This document shows positions 36,465 to 47,308 of a stretch of 64,000 bases of DNA, in pieces. Origin of the DNA: an uncultured Gammaproteobacteria bacterium. GTDB taxonomy: Bacteria > Patescibacteriota > Microgenomatia > Daviesbacterales > UBA10151. Below the pieces are notes generated by a model. The model was given only the letters and a program-made list of their open reading frames with translations. It ran no database searches and was not told the origin of the DNA. Where the stretch lies: positions 66,177 through 130,176 of the forward strand of contig CAZFYQ010000002.1 of assembly GCA_964523905.1 (NCBI GenBank). The letters are read 5' to 3'. The position numbers and the translations under genes were made by a program. Each line of letters begins with the position of its first letter. The stretch's first letter is position 1.

Positions 36465-37349
36465 ATGACAAAGATATCGGCTGTTGTAAATGCCTTTAAT
36501 GAGGAAAAAAACATTCAAATAGCCATTAAATCCGTAAAATGGGCTGCTGAAGTATTAGTGTGTGACATGGAATCTTCAGATAAGACGGTTAGTATTGCCA
36601 AAGCCTTAGGAGCTAAAGTAATTTCACATAAGAATATGGGTTTTGTTGAACCAGGGCGAAATTTCGCAATCGAGAAGGCTGCAGGGGATTGGATTTTAAT
36701 TTTAGATGCTGATGAAGAGATCCCGGAAACCTTGGCCAAACATTTGCAGCAGTTGGCTGATAAAAATCCGGAAATAAATTATGTTGAAATTCCCCGCAAA
36801 AATATTATCTTTAATAAATGGATTGAGCACACTGGTTGGTGGCCGGATACGCAGATCCGCTTTTTTAAAAAAGGTACTGTGACCTGGAAGGACCAAATTC
36901 ATAGTAAACCAGAAACTAAAGGCCTCGGTCTTACTCTGGAGCCAGAAGAACAGTGGGCCATTATTCACAGAAATTACCGCTCAATTTCTGATTACCTGGG
37001 GAAATTAAACCGTTATACAGATGTTCAGGCAAAAGAACTATTAGATACCGGTTATGAATTCAAAAAAGAAGATCTATGGAATAAACCACTTGCTGAATTT
37101 TTATCCCGTTATTTTGCAAATAATGGATACCATGATGGATTACATGGATTGGTTTTGAGTTTGCTGCAGGCGGTCTCTTTTTTGGTTTTGTATTTAAAAG
37201 TTTGGGAGAAAAAAGGATTTAGTCAACAGGATATCGAATTATCAGAGTTTAATGAGCAAACCAAAATTATTGGCAAAGATGTTGATTACTGGGTTAAGCA
37301 AATCAAAGGGGGATCTTTAAAGCAAATATTTAAGATTTTTAAAAAATGA
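36465..37349 (+). CDS. GT2 family glycosyltransferase.
   Basis: The N-terminus reads AVVNAFNEEKNI, followed by DMESSDKT and the DxD motif ILDADEEI. Confidence 0.65.
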   Translation: MTKISAVVNAFNEEKNIQIAIKSVKWAAEVLVCDMESSDKTVSIAKALGAKVISHKNMGFVEPGRNFAIEKAAGDWILILDADEEIPETLAKHLQQLADKNPEINYVEIPRKNIIFNKWIEHTGWWPDTQIRFFKKGTVTWKDQIHSKPETKGLGLTLEPEEQWAIIHRNYRSISDYLGKLNRYTDVQAKELLDTGYEFKKEDLWNKPLAEFLSRYFANNGYHDGLHGLVLSLLQAVSFLVLYLKVWEKKGFSQQDIELSEFNEQTKIIGKDVDYWVKQIKGGSLKQIFKIFKK

Positions 37350-38149
37350 TTAGTGTAATTATTATTGCTAAAAATGAGGAGCAAAGAATTAAGGTCTGTT
37401 TAGAATCTGTTAAATGGGCTGATGAAATAATTGTGTGTGCTAATGGTTCTACAGATCAGACAGTTGAGATTGCCAAAAAATATACTAAAAAAATTATCAG
37501 CTTTAAGGGTGAAGATTTTGCTGAGTGGAGAAATCAGGCTACCAAGGAAGCTACCGGAGACTGGATTCTATACATTGATCCGGATGAGCGGGTTACTGAA
37601 AAACTTAAATTAGAGATTTTACAAATTGTACAAACCGGGGATCGGGTTGCTTATGCAATTTCTCGGAAGAATTTTATTTTTGGTGAAAGAGTTACTTATG
37701 GACCATTTTGGCCGGATTGGGTCATTAGATTAATTAAACAAGATGCCCTAGAGGGTTGGTTTGGTAAAGTTCATGAACAGCCAAAATATCAAGGCAGGTT
37801 GGGTTATTTATCAGGATCATTAATACATTTGACTCATCGAAATCTAGACCAAATTGTTTTAAAAAGTTTGGAGTGGAGCAAAATTGATGCCAAATTAAGA
37901 CTAGACTCTCACCATCCAAAAATGTCCGGCTGGAGATTTCTACGGATTTTTATTAGCGAAACCTGGAATCAGGGAATTAAAAGAGGCGGTTTTTTTAACG
38001 GCACTGTTGGAGTAATGGATTCCTTGCTTCAGTCATTTAGTTTATTTATGACCTATGTTAGGTTGTGGGAAATGCAGCAGCAAAAATCCCGTGAAGAGAT
38101 TTACGATGAACTTGATCAAAAATTACTGGAAAGCCATTTTGAACTTTAA
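37346..38149 (+). CDS. GT2 family glycosyltransferase. It is a paralog of the preceding gene.
   Basis: IIIAKNEEQRI...ANGSTDQT...YIDPDERV. Its start overlaps the upstream stop (ATGA). Confidence 0.65.
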   Translation: MISVIIIAKNEEQRIKVCLESVKWADEIIVCANGSTDQTVEIAKKYTKKIISFKGEDFAEWRNQATKEATGDWILYIDPDERVTEKLKLEILQIVQTGDRVAYAISRKNFIFGERVTYGPFWPDWVIRLIKQDALEGWFGKVHEQPKYQGRLGYLSGSLIHLTHRNLDQIVLKSLEWSKIDAKLRLDSHHPKMSGWRFLRIFISETWNQGIKRGGFFNGTVGVMDSLLQSFSLFMTYVRLWEMQQQKSREEIYDELDQKLLESHFEL

Positions 38150-38161
38150 GGAAACATTATT

Positions 38162-39235
38162 TTGAAGGTAGCCATTTATTCTCCATATTTAGATACTTTG
38201 GGTGGGGGAGAGCGCTATATGATGAGTATTGCTGAGGTGCTTTCTAAGCCGGATATCAGAGTGGATGTTTTACTTGACGGCCATTTGTTTAAAATTGGTG
38301 CCGATTATTTAAAAAAGCAGTTAACGAAGCGCTTTGGGCTTAATTTATCAAGGGTTAATTTTCTTGCTGCCCCCATTGGAGGGGGCAGCAATTTTGTTTC
38401 GCGACATTTTTTTTTAAAAACTTATGACGTTTGTTTTTACCTAACTGATGGCAGTATTTTTTATCCTTCCAGCAAGAAGAACTTCTTGCATATTCAGTCT
38501 CCTCTGGTGGGACAACCAGCTAAAAGTACCTGGGGTAAGAAAAAATTGGCCGGATGGGATTTAATTATTTATAACTCCACTTTTACCAAACAAGCTGCAC
38601 AAAATTATTGGCCGATTAAATCAGAAGTAATCTATCCTCCGGTAGATACAGATGTTTTTAAACCATTAAAAAAAGAAAAAATTATTCTTAGTGTTGGCAG
38701 ATTTTTTGGTTTTCTAAAAGATAAAAAGCAGGAAATTTTAATTGATACCTTTATTAAAATACAAAAGCAACATAAGCTAACTGGTTGGAGCTTAGCTTTA
38801 GCCGGTTCTGCTAAAGAAGGAGACCTGGATTATTTAGATAATTTAAAGAAACAGGCCGGAAAATTCGAAGTAAAGTTTTTCCCTAATTTGGAGTATGATG
38901 AATTAATCAATCTCTACGGTAGATCAAGTATTTATTGGCACGGGGCGGGATACCAAGAAACTGATCCAACTAAAATGGAACATTTTGGGATTTCTACAGT
39001 GGAGGCCATGGCAGCTGGAGCTGTACCAGTAGTGATTGGTCTAGGTGGACAAGTAGAAATTGTTGAAAATGGTAAATCAGGACTACTGTGGAATAGTTTG
39101 GATCAGTTAGAGGAGGAGACCTTAAGAGTAGTTGAGGATGAAAAACTTTTTGCTAAATTGTCAAAGGCAGCCATTGAAAGAGCCAAGAATTTTAGTAAGG
39201 AAAAATTTAGAGAGAAAATTCTAAATCTTATATGA
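38162..39235 (+). CDS. GT4 family glycosyltransferase with a TTG start.
   Basis: It has the EX7E region FGISTVEAMAAGAVPVV. AAGGAA lies 10 nt upstream of the TTG. Confidence 0.6.
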   Translation: MKVAIYSPYLDTLGGGERYMMSIAEVLSKPDIRVDVLLDGHLFKIGADYLKKQLTKRFGLNLSRVNFLAAPIGGGSNFVSRHFFLKTYDVCFYLTDGSIFYPSSKKNFLHIQSPLVGQPAKSTWGKKKLAGWDLIIYNSTFTKQAAQNYWPIKSEVIYPPVDTDVFKPLKKEKIILSVGRFFGFLKDKKQEILIDTFIKIQKQHKLTGWSLALAGSAKEGDLDYLDNLKKQAGKFEVKFFPNLEYDELINLYGRSSIYWHGAGYQETDPTKMEHFGISTVEAMAAGAVPVVIGLGGQVEIVENGKSGLLWNSLDQLEEETLRVVEDEKLFAKLSKAAIERAKNFSKEKFREKILNLI

Positions 39236-40371
39236 ACAAAAAACTGTGGATTATTTTAATAATTGGCATTATTTTAAGAATTGTCCTGGCTGTTTCTACT
39301 TATCACCCGGATAGCTTAGCTTTTAAATTAGGAGGACAGTTAGTTGCCAAAGGCTTAATATTAAATCTATATGATTTTTCTGATTCTAATATTGCAGTTT
39401 TAAATTATCCCCCTGTGATTTATTGGTTTCACGGAATTTTTCAACTCTTACTTGCCAGTTTTATTCCGGCAATTTTGGCTGTGAAATTACCATATTTACT
39501 GTTTGATATAGGACTGGCATTTATTCTGCTAAATTTATTTCCCAATCAAAAACAAGGCAATCTAGCTTTTAGTTTATGGATGTTTAATCCGTTAACTTTA
39601 TATGCCAGTTACATGATGGGACAATTTGATGTAATTCCCACTTTTTTTACAGTTCTTTCTATTTATTATATTGCTAAGGGTAAACTGGATGCTGCTGCGC
39701 TGGCCTTGGGCGGAGGAATTGCCTTTAAAATTTATCCGATTTTTTTACTAATCCCACTGATATTTTTAGGAAAAGATTACTGGCAAAAGATCAAACTTCT
39801 TTTCATAGGTATGGCTCCATATCTTTTATCTATTTTGATTTATTTACCATCACACAGTTTTAGAAGTATTGCTTTATTTGCTGCCCAAAGCTCAAAAAGT
39901 TTATATGCGGCCATCCCGGTTTCTGGTGGAGAATCAATCTTACTATTTCCATTGGCTTTACTAGTTTTTTACTTAATTCTTTGGCAAAGAAAAGTCAGTC
40001 TAAATAATTTCTGGAAGATTTATTCAATCCCTTTGTTTTTCTTTTTTATATTCACACATTATCACCCCCAATGGTTAATCTGGATTACTCCGTTTTTAAT
40101 TATTGGTTTAGTAATAGAGTGGAAAGTAACAATTCTTCCAGTGATGATTATTTTGCTTAGTTGGTTAGCATCACTTTTTTTCTTTGACCCTTCATTAACT
40201 TTAGGAATTTTTTCCCCGGTAATTTTTACATCAAAGGATGCTTTAAGTATCTGGAGTTATTTGCATCTTAATCCGGATTACAACTTTTCTCGCAGTGTAA
40301 TACAGACCGTGTTTACTGGTGGTCTACTTTATCTGATATATGAATACTTCCCCCGATTTTCTAATGAATAA
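39232..40371 (+). CDS. DUF2029/GT87-like polytopic membrane protein.
   Basis: WMFNPLTLYASYMMGQFDVIPTFFTVLSIYYIAKGK...IAFKIYPIFLLIPL. Confidence 0.4.
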   Translation: MNKKLWIILIIGIILRIVLAVSTYHPDSLAFKLGGQLVAKGLILNLYDFSDSNIAVLNYPPVIYWFHGIFQLLLASFIPAILAVKLPYLLFDIGLAFILLNLFPNQKQGNLAFSLWMFNPLTLYASYMMGQFDVIPTFFTVLSIYYIAKGKLDAAALALGGGIAFKIYPIFLLIPLIFLGKDYWQKIKLLFIGMAPYLLSILIYLPSHSFRSIALFAAQSSKSLYAAIPVSGGESILLFPLALLVFYLILWQRKVSLNNFWKIYSIPLFFFFIFTHYHPQWLIWITPFLIIGLVIEWKVTILPVMIILLSWLASLFFFDPSLTLGIFSPVIFTSKDALSIWSYLHLNPDYNFSRSVIQTVFTGGLLYLIYEYFPRFSNE

Positions 40372-41845
40372 GTTATCGATATTTTTCCTAGTTTTTTTAA
40401 TTGCCGGCTGGTATTTTTTTAGTTACAGAATTACCGATGTACCTCCGGGAATAAATGGAGATGAAGCGGCAATTGGTTACAATGCGGCTCTGGTTTCCAA
40501 AACTGGCCATGATTCATCCGGACGTTTCTTACCATTATTTATTTCAGCCTTTGATTTAACTGATTGGAAGCAACCCGTGACGTTTTATTCAACAGTGTTA
40601 GCATTTAAGTTATTTGGAACCACTTATGAGATGTTAAGGCAAGTTAGTGTGGTTTTTGTATTGATTTCAGCGGCATTAGTGTTTTTTTTGTCTCGAGAAA
40701 TTTTTGGCAAAAAACTTGCCTTTGTTAGTTTAGGACTTTTTCTAACAATTCCTGCCATATTAATTCAATCCCATCTTGCCTTAGAGAATATTGCTCCTGT
40801 GCCAATTACCATTTTGTGGTTACTAATGTTGGTTAAATATCTAAAATCTAGCAAAGCTAGATTTTTGTATTTATCTGGTTTATTTTTAGGCATTGATTTA
40901 TTTACCTATCCAGGACTTCGGATTATTTTTCCGGTTTACTTTTGTTTATCACTAGGGTTAATTTTTTACTTACAAAAAAAGAGGGATTTTAAATATGTAA
41001 TACCAAAATGGTTTAAGTTTGCAGTGGTTGCTTTAATTTTTCCGGCGATTATGTGGTCAGTAAAAAATCAATATCCAGGTGCGATACTTGCTTATAACCG
41101 GCCACATTCTTTGCCTTCTTATCAAAATTTTTTCCTGTCATATATTTCCTCTTATGACCCCTCATTTTTATTTATTAATGGAGATTCCACCCCTTACCAT
41201 TCTACTGGCAAGCAAGGAGTATTTTTACTTTCCACACTACCCTTATTCATCTTAGGACTAATCTGGATTATTCGAAAAAAGGATGTCATGTTATGGTTTG
41301 TCCTACTTGTTTTTTTCTTAAGTCCTCTACTTTATGGATTGGCTGAAACAATACATAGGGGTAGCAGATTGCTCGTGATGTTGCCACCTTATGCTTTAAT
41401 CACAACAGCCGGAGTACTTTCTATAACTCAAATAAAAAAAAGAAAATGGGCAATGACTGTCTTGGGGATTTTAGTTTTATTAATTTCTCTAAATTATTTT
41501 GATTTCTTAAGAGATTATTATTTTGATTATCCTAAACGAGTGGAATCTCAATTTGCCAAGCCTTATCAATTGACCTTTGAAAAGGTTGCTATTTTAGCTA
41601 AAAGTAAGAACCTAAATCCTTATATTTGGCAGGATTTTGGAACTGAAAATAAAATAGCCATCGATTTCTTTAAGCAAGTAATGCCTGGTGATTTAAAAAG
41701 CTGGACTGAGAATGAAGTTATTCCTGCCCACAGTGTTATTATCGTTCCTGAGTATATTTTAAAAAACAGGCAGCAAGTACCCCAAGATAATAGTGGTTAT
41801 GGATTTGGCCTATTAATTAATAACTCTCAAAATGAAATTCGATAA
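40364..41845 (+). CDS. PMT/ArnT-like GT-C glycosyltransferase (tandem array member 1).
   Basis: INGDEAAIGYNAALVSKTGHDSSGRFLPLFI. Confidence 0.6.
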   Translation: MNKLSIFFLVFLIAGWYFFSYRITDVPPGINGDEAAIGYNAALVSKTGHDSSGRFLPLFISAFDLTDWKQPVTFYSTVLAFKLFGTTYEMLRQVSVVFVLISAALVFFLSREIFGKKLAFVSLGLFLTIPAILIQSHLALENIAPVPITILWLLMLVKYLKSSKARFLYLSGLFLGIDLFTYPGLRIIFPVYFCLSLGLIFYLQKKRDFKYVIPKWFKFAVVALIFPAIMWSVKNQYPGAILAYNRPHSLPSYQNFFLSYISSYDPSFLFINGDSTPYHSTGKQGVFLLSTLPLFILGLIWIIRKKDVMLWFVLLVFFLSPLLYGLAETIHRGSRLLVMLPPYALITTAGVLSITQIKKRKWAMTVLGILVLLISLNYFDFLRDYYFDYPKRVESQFAKPYQLTFEKVAILAKSKNLNPYIWQDFGTENKIAIDFFKQVMPGDLKSWTENEVIPAHSVIIVPEYILKNRQQVPQDNSGYGFGLLINNSQNEIR

Positions 41846-43394
41846 ACTACTAATTGCTTTACTATTACTGTCTCTTATTATTAGAGTTTTTCCACTGGGT
41901 TTTCCCAGTTTTACCAGTGATGAAGCCAGAATCGCAGTTCGCGGTCATGTTTTATCAACATTAGGTAAGGATGAACTGGGAAATTCTTTTCCATTATTTT
42001 TTAATTCATCAGCTGACTACCAATTTCCTGTGGTGCCATACCTAACTGCGGTAGGAGAGCTAGTATTTGGTAACAATGACTTTGGAGCTAGAATCCCGTT
42101 TATTTTAATTGGTACTATTTTAGTATTTTTAAGTTACAAAATTGCTGAATCATTTAACAGTGATCAATGGTTTAAGCTAGGCAGTGCATTTATTGTAGCC
42201 ACCAGTCCGGTTTTAATCTTTCTATCCAAAACACCAAATGAAATTATTGTTTTAACCAGTTTTTTTGCGCTGCTTTATTTATTGCTAATCAAACAAAAGA
42301 AATTTTGGATGATTGGTAGCGTGATGTTTTTAACTATACTAACATCCAAATTAGCATTATTTTTTCTAATCCCGTTTACTTGGCTGACTGTATACAAACA
42401 GAACAAAAAGTTAGTAATTCTGTCAGTTATTATTGTAGTTTTAGGGCTATTACTTTTTTTTACCAATGAGCAAGCCAAGAGAAGTTTTATGGAAAATAAT
42501 TTTTCATTGCTCTCTGATGTTACTGTTAAAAACGGTATTGATAAATTAAGGGGTGAGGGGCTTAAAGCCGGTTGGCCAAGTTTTGTTAATTTTATCTTGT
42601 TTAATAAGTCGCACTATTTAATCATTGGGTTTTTGCACTGGGTTTCGTATTTTAGTCCGGCATTATATGTTGGACAATTTGATTCATCAGGACTGGTTAA
42701 TTATTTTTTCCTGGGTGTTTGGGCCAAAATTTTAATTATTCCTTTTATAATTGGCCTGATACAACTGATTAGAAAACAAACTAACTTAAGATTTTTACTA
42801 GGGTATACACTTATTTTTACATTTCCGGCGTTATTTAATTATCCTAAATTTGATCCAGTGCTAATTGTTTTAAGTATTCCGTTTATAGCACTGGTTATTA
42901 CTTTCGGTTTACTAAAATTGAATAAATTATTTGCAATATTTGTTCTTTGTTTAGTAATTCTTGAGTTGTCTGTAAACATCTACAGCTTGACTCCGCAATA
43001 TAAAAATGCTCTAAATTTGCGGCCTAATTGGGTAAAGAGTTTAGTTTTAAGTATTGATCAAACTAGTAAATCAGAAAATACCTATGTGTCTGATGATATT
43101 GTCTCGGATATTGGTCCTTTCATGGAATGGTACACCAACTTTAATCCCAAAGATGGCTTTGAGCAAGTTAAATCGCCTTATAAATTTACTCAGTATAAAA
43201 TTGGTAAAGTTAAACTTTTGGGAGCTGGACAAATATTTACGACCTGCGGCAAAGAGCAGAAGCTGATTATTTATGCCAGTCCCAGGGATTTAAAGAAAAT
43301 AAAAAATGATTTCAAGCCGATAGTGGACGGCACTTTTTCAGACAGCAATGGTCAGATTAGACTATATCGGATTAATAATACCTGTATCAGATGA
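41832..43394 (+). CDS. PMT/ArnT-like GT-C glycosyltransferase (array member 2).
   Basis: FTSDEARIAVRGHVLSTLGKDELGNSFPLFF. Confidence 0.55.
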   Translation: MKFDKLLIALLLLSLIIRVFPLGFPSFTSDEARIAVRGHVLSTLGKDELGNSFPLFFNSSADYQFPVVPYLTAVGELVFGNNDFGARIPFILIGTILVFLSYKIAESFNSDQWFKLGSAFIVATSPVLIFLSKTPNEIIVLTSFFALLYLLLIKQKKFWMIGSVMFLTILTSKLALFFLIPFTWLTVYKQNKKLVILSVIIVVLGLLLFFTNEQAKRSFMENNFSLLSDVTVKNGIDKLRGEGLKAGWPSFVNFILFNKSHYLIIGFLHWVSYFSPALYVGQFDSSGLVNYFFLGVWAKILIIPFIIGLIQLIRKQTNLRFLLGYTLIFTFPALFNYPKFDPVLIVLSIPFIALVITFGLLKLNKLFAIFVLCLVILELSVNIYSLTPQYKNALNLRPNWVKSLVLSIDQTSKSENTYVSDDIVSDIGPFMEWYTNFNPKDGFEQVKSPYKFTQYKIGKVKLLGAGQIFTTCGKEQKLIIYASPRDLKKIKNDFKPIVDGTFSDSNGQIRLYRINNTCIR

Positions 43395-44998
43395 AAAAGA
43401 TTATCTTGTTAGTATTAATAGTTTTACTTAGTGCAGTCTTACGTTTTTGGGATTTAAGCAATTTTCCTATACAGTTGGATCATGATGAAGTAAGCCAGCT
43501 TTATGATACCCGATCAATAGTAGAAACTGGTAAGGATATTTACGGGAATTTTCTACCATTGGCTTTTCCTTCAACAGGGGATTATAAAGTAGGTCACTAT
43601 ATTTATATTTCAACTATCTTTTATCGAATATTTGGCATGAGAGAAGTTACGATTCGATTACCAGCTGCTTTTTTTGGTAGTTTAACCGTACTGGCAGTAT
43701 TTTTATTTGTCTTAGAGCTAACTGGTAATTGGTGGATCGCTTTAGCATCTAGCTTAATGGTAGCCATTACCCCGTCGGAGATTTTTTATTCTCGCAAAAG
43801 TTTTGAAAATGCCATTGGAGTCAGCTTAGATTTCTGGGGATTATTTTTATTGTTAAAGAGCTTAAAATCAAAAAAAACGACCTATTGGCTGCTAGGAGGT
43901 AGTTTGATACTAGCACTGGCAATGTATATTTATACTGCCCAAACAATTATTATTCCGCTATTAATTATTCTTTTTGCCTGGCTTTATCAAGGAAAAGAAA
44001 ATCTTTCTCGGAAAAATATTACTTTTTTAATTCTTTCCGGACTGATATTTATTGCTCCTCTTCTATATATTTCTGCCACTGATGCTGGGATTCGGTTTAG
44101 GGCTAGCTCGGTTTTTATTACTCAAGACCCCGATCTAGGTAGTCTAATTAATCTGACTCAAAATATCATAAAATCGTATCTGGATTTTGGTTTTAACAGA
44201 TACTTAAATCAATTTAACCCAATATACCTTTTTGCCAATGGATTGGATTTAACAGATCAGGGATTAATTGGGTCTGGGCCTTTATTACTTATTCAATTAC
44301 CATTTTTAATTCTGGGGATTCTGTTCCTTTTGCGATCAAAGAACTTAGGTAAGGCCGGTCAGTTGTTACTGGGAATAGTAATAATTGCGATTATTCCATC
44401 GAGCATTACTTTTGAGAAAGTTAGCCCGCATCGGGCAATGCTGGCTTTTTCCACAATGAGTATTATTTCCGGCTTTGGTTTGTACTGGTTTTATAATGTT
44501 TTACAAAAAGTAAAACCACCAGTCAAGTTGATAATTTTGTCGATAATTTCGCTAGCCTTTTTGTTAAACCTAATTTACTTTGTATTCATCTACTCAGTGG
44601 GTTATCCGTTTGAAAAATCGCATAAGCTGCAATATCCATTTAAACAAGTCGCGCAATTTGCCTGGTCTGAGTATCCTAACTTCAGTCAAATTATTTGGGA
44701 TCCCAAGTATGGAGATATTGCTCCAATTGTCGGTGTTGGCACTCATTACTATTTAGCCTATTATGGTAATTATTCACCAGTCCAATTTCAAAAAAAATAT
44801 CATACTGATTTGCGTGGTCAATATTTTGATAAATTTGCAATTCGCAATGTAATATGGGGAGGAGATAAGAATTTGAAAAACACATTATTAATTGTTAGCC
44901 CCTGGAGTGTGCCGGAAAATGAAGTGCCACAGAGTCTAATAATTAAAAAATTCTACTTCTATAATGGACAATTGGCGTTTTATGCCATTAAACTATAG
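43391..44998 (+). CDS. PMT/ArnT-like GT-C glycosyltransferase (array member 3).
   Basis: LDHDEVSQLYDTRSIVETGKDIYGNFLPLAF. Confidence 0.55.
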   Translation: MKKIILLVLIVLLSAVLRFWDLSNFPIQLDHDEVSQLYDTRSIVETGKDIYGNFLPLAFPSTGDYKVGHYIYISTIFYRIFGMREVTIRLPAAFFGSLTVLAVFLFVLELTGNWWIALASSLMVAITPSEIFYSRKSFENAIGVSLDFWGLFLLLKSLKSKKTTYWLLGGSLILALAMYIYTAQTIIIPLLIILFAWLYQGKENLSRKNITFLILSGLIFIAPLLYISATDAGIRFRASSVFITQDPDLGSLINLTQNIIKSYLDFGFNRYLNQFNPIYLFANGLDLTDQGLIGSGPLLLIQLPFLILGILFLLRSKNLGKAGQLLLGIVIIAIIPSSITFEKVSPHRAMLAFSTMSIISGFGLYWFYNVLQKVKPPVKLIILSIISLAFLLNLIYFVFIYSVGYPFEKSHKLQYPFKQVAQFAWSEYPNFSQIIWDPKYGDIAPIVGVGTHYYLAYYGNYSPVQFQKKYHTDLRGQYFDKFAIRNVIWGGDKNLKNTLLIVSPWSVPENEVPQSLIIKKFYFYNGQLAFYAIKL

Positions 44999-46654
44999 AT
45001 GATGAAATATAAGATTTACTTATCACTATTTTTGATTGTTATTGCTGCTTTCGCGCTTCGTTTTTACAAAGTAACTGAAATACCGCCTGCATTAAACTGG
45101 GATGAGGTGTCGATTGGTTATAATGCTTATTCAATTTTAAAAACCGGTAAAGATGAATGGGGGCAATTTCTTCCTGTTCATTTTAAAGCTTATGGCGAAT
45201 ATAAATTACCAGTGCAAATTTATGCTTCAATTCCGGCAATTGCCATATTTGGCTTAAACGAATTGGGTGTCAGAATTACCCCGGTGGTTTATGGAACTCT
45301 GACTGTGCTGATAACATTTTTTCTGGCAAGAGCTTTATTTCAAAGTGAGCTGCTAGGTCTAATCGCCGCTTTTTTACTAGCAATTTCTCCTTGGCATATT
45401 CAACTTACCCGAGCATCTTTTGAAAGTTCATTTTCTGTATTTTGGGTGGAGCTGGGGATATGGTTTCTAATTAAAGGGTTTTCTAATAAACGTTGGTTAA
45501 TTTTTTCGATGATACCATTTGCAATTTCGACATTTACCTATAATAGCACCCTGATATTTACTCCACTTTTTCTTTTTGTGATTTTGCTGGTGTTTCATAA
45601 GACCTTTATCAAAATGAAAAGAACAATTTTAATAGCGGCGATTATTTTTATGATTTTACTGCTTCCCGAAACCCCCTATTTATTAAGCGGCAATAGGAGC
45701 TCTCGGTATAAGCTGGTTAGTATTAGTGATGATGCCGGTCTGATACCCAGAATTAATCAAAACAGAGGAAACTCAAAGTTGCCACAACCCTTGCCAAGAC
45801 TGGTTCATAACAAGATAACTTATATTGCTTTTTATTTTACTGAAAATTATCTGGCGCATTTTACACCGCAATTTTTATTTATTAGTGGGGCACCTCATAA
45901 ACAGCACAATGTGCAAAATATGGGTGAATTATATTTATTCCAGGCACCTTTTTTGCTGCTAGGACTTTATCTGTTGTTTAAACGAAAAAATCGTCACCGC
46001 TATCTGCTGCTTTCCTGGATCTTACTGGTGAATGTTCCGGTGGCAACTACTAATGATAGTATCCCCAATGCCTTAAGAACTGCCATTGCCAACCCTTTTT
46101 ATCAACTAATTACTGCTCTGGGAATTTTGGAAATGATTAATTGGCTTAGAAATAAAAATATCTCTTTAAAAATTGGTGCTTTGGTGGTTTCGATTGTAAT
46201 TTTGGCTGTTAGCTTAAATTATTATTTCTATCAATATTATGTTGTTTATCCAGCAAGTTTCTCTAGGGATTGGCAGTATGGTTATAAACAAGTAGTAGAT
46301 TATATTGGTCAGCACCAAAATGACTACGATCTAGTGGTATTTAGCAGATACTACGGTGAGCCACATATGTTTACTCTATTTTTCTTAAACTATGATCCAG
46401 CTAAATACCAAAATAATCCCAATTTAGACCGCTTTGAAACATTTAATTGGGTGTGGGTACTCAAATTTGATAAATACTATTTTCCTGACCTAGGAGATCC
46501 TGGTACTCACTATGCCGATATTATTAAACAAAATCCTGGTAAAAAAATCTTATTTATCGGTAAACCAGGAGATTTCCCAGCTGATAAGCAAAAGCTGTTA
46601 ACGGTTGATTTCTTAAATGGAAATGAAGCCTTTGAGATAGTAGATTCTAAATAA
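44999..46654 (+). CDS. PMT/ArnT-like GT-C glycosyltransferase (array member 4).
   Basis: LNWDEVSIGYNAYSILKTGKDEWGQFLPVHF. It is nearly identical in this motif to 15409..17037. Confidence 0.6.
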   Translation: MMKYKIYLSLFLIVIAAFALRFYKVTEIPPALNWDEVSIGYNAYSILKTGKDEWGQFLPVHFKAYGEYKLPVQIYASIPAIAIFGLNELGVRITPVVYGTLTVLITFFLARALFQSELLGLIAAFLLAISPWHIQLTRASFESSFSVFWVELGIWFLIKGFSNKRWLIFSMIPFAISTFTYNSTLIFTPLFLFVILLVFHKTFIKMKRTILIAAIIFMILLLPETPYLLSGNRSSRYKLVSISDDAGLIPRINQNRGNSKLPQPLPRLVHNKITYIAFYFTENYLAHFTPQFLFISGAPHKQHNVQNMGELYLFQAPFLLLGLYLLFKRKNRHRYLLLSWILLVNVPVATTNDSIPNALRTAIANPFYQLITALGILEMINWLRNKNISLKIGALVVSIVILAVSLNYYFYQYYVVYPASFSRDWQYGYKQVVDYIGQHQNDYDLVVFSRYYGEPHMFTLFFLNYDPAKYQNNPNLDRFETFNWVWVLKFDKYYFPDLGDPGTHYADIIKQNPGKKILFIGKPGDFPADKQKLLTVDFLNGNEAFEIVDSK

Positions 46655-46655
46655 G

Positions 46656-47282
46656 ATGAAAATTTACGATGTGACAATGCCAATTTCAGAAGAAATGCTG
46701 GTTTGGCGAGGTGATGACCCTGTCTCTATTAAAGCAGTAGCAAGTGTTAAAGAAGACGGTGTAGCTGTATCCCAGCTTACCTTAAGTAGTCATACCGGCA
46801 CTCATGTAGATGCACCCAGTCATTTTCTAGAAAATAGTACCGGAGTTGACATTATTGATCCGGAAAAATTAATAGGGGACTGCATTGTGGTTGATTTAAC
46901 AGATATTGATCACCAGGAGATTACTGTTAAAGATCTGGAAAGCATTGATCTTACCTGTTTACGAGTTGTATTTAAAACCGGTAATTTTAAGTACTTAAAA
47001 CAAAATACTTTTCCTGATAAATATATCTCATTATCTGTTGAAGGAGCTAAATATCTAGTGGATAAAGGAATAGTTTTAGTAGGAACGGATTTTTTGGGAA
47101 TAGAAAAAGAGAAAAACCCTGGGCATCCTGTACATACAACACTGCTGGAGGCTGGAATTGTCAATGTTGAAGGATTAGACTTAAGCGAAGTGCCTGCTGG
47201 AGAGTATCAAATTATTTGTGCACCTCTTAAAATCAAAGACTGTGACGGCGCCCCATCCCGGGTCTTTTTAATTAAGAATTAA
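46656..47282 (+). CDS. Cyclase-family protein (kynurenine formamidase-like, PF04199-type).
   Basis: LSSHTGTHVDAPSHF is the His-rich metal-binding motif of the putative cyclase/arylformamidase family. It is 208 aa. Confidence 0.55.
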   Translation: MKIYDVTMPISEEMLVWRGDDPVSIKAVASVKEDGVAVSQLTLSSHTGTHVDAPSHFLENSTGVDIIDPEKLIGDCIVVDLTDIDHQEITVKDLESIDLTCLRVVFKTGNFKYLKQNTFPDKYISLSVEGAKYLVDKGIVLVGTDFLGIEKEKNPGHPVHTTLLEAGIVNVEGLDLSEVPAGEYQIICAPLKIKDCDGAPSRVFLIKN

Positions 47283-47308
47283 CCAGATCTTCATGCTATG
47301 ATTATGTT

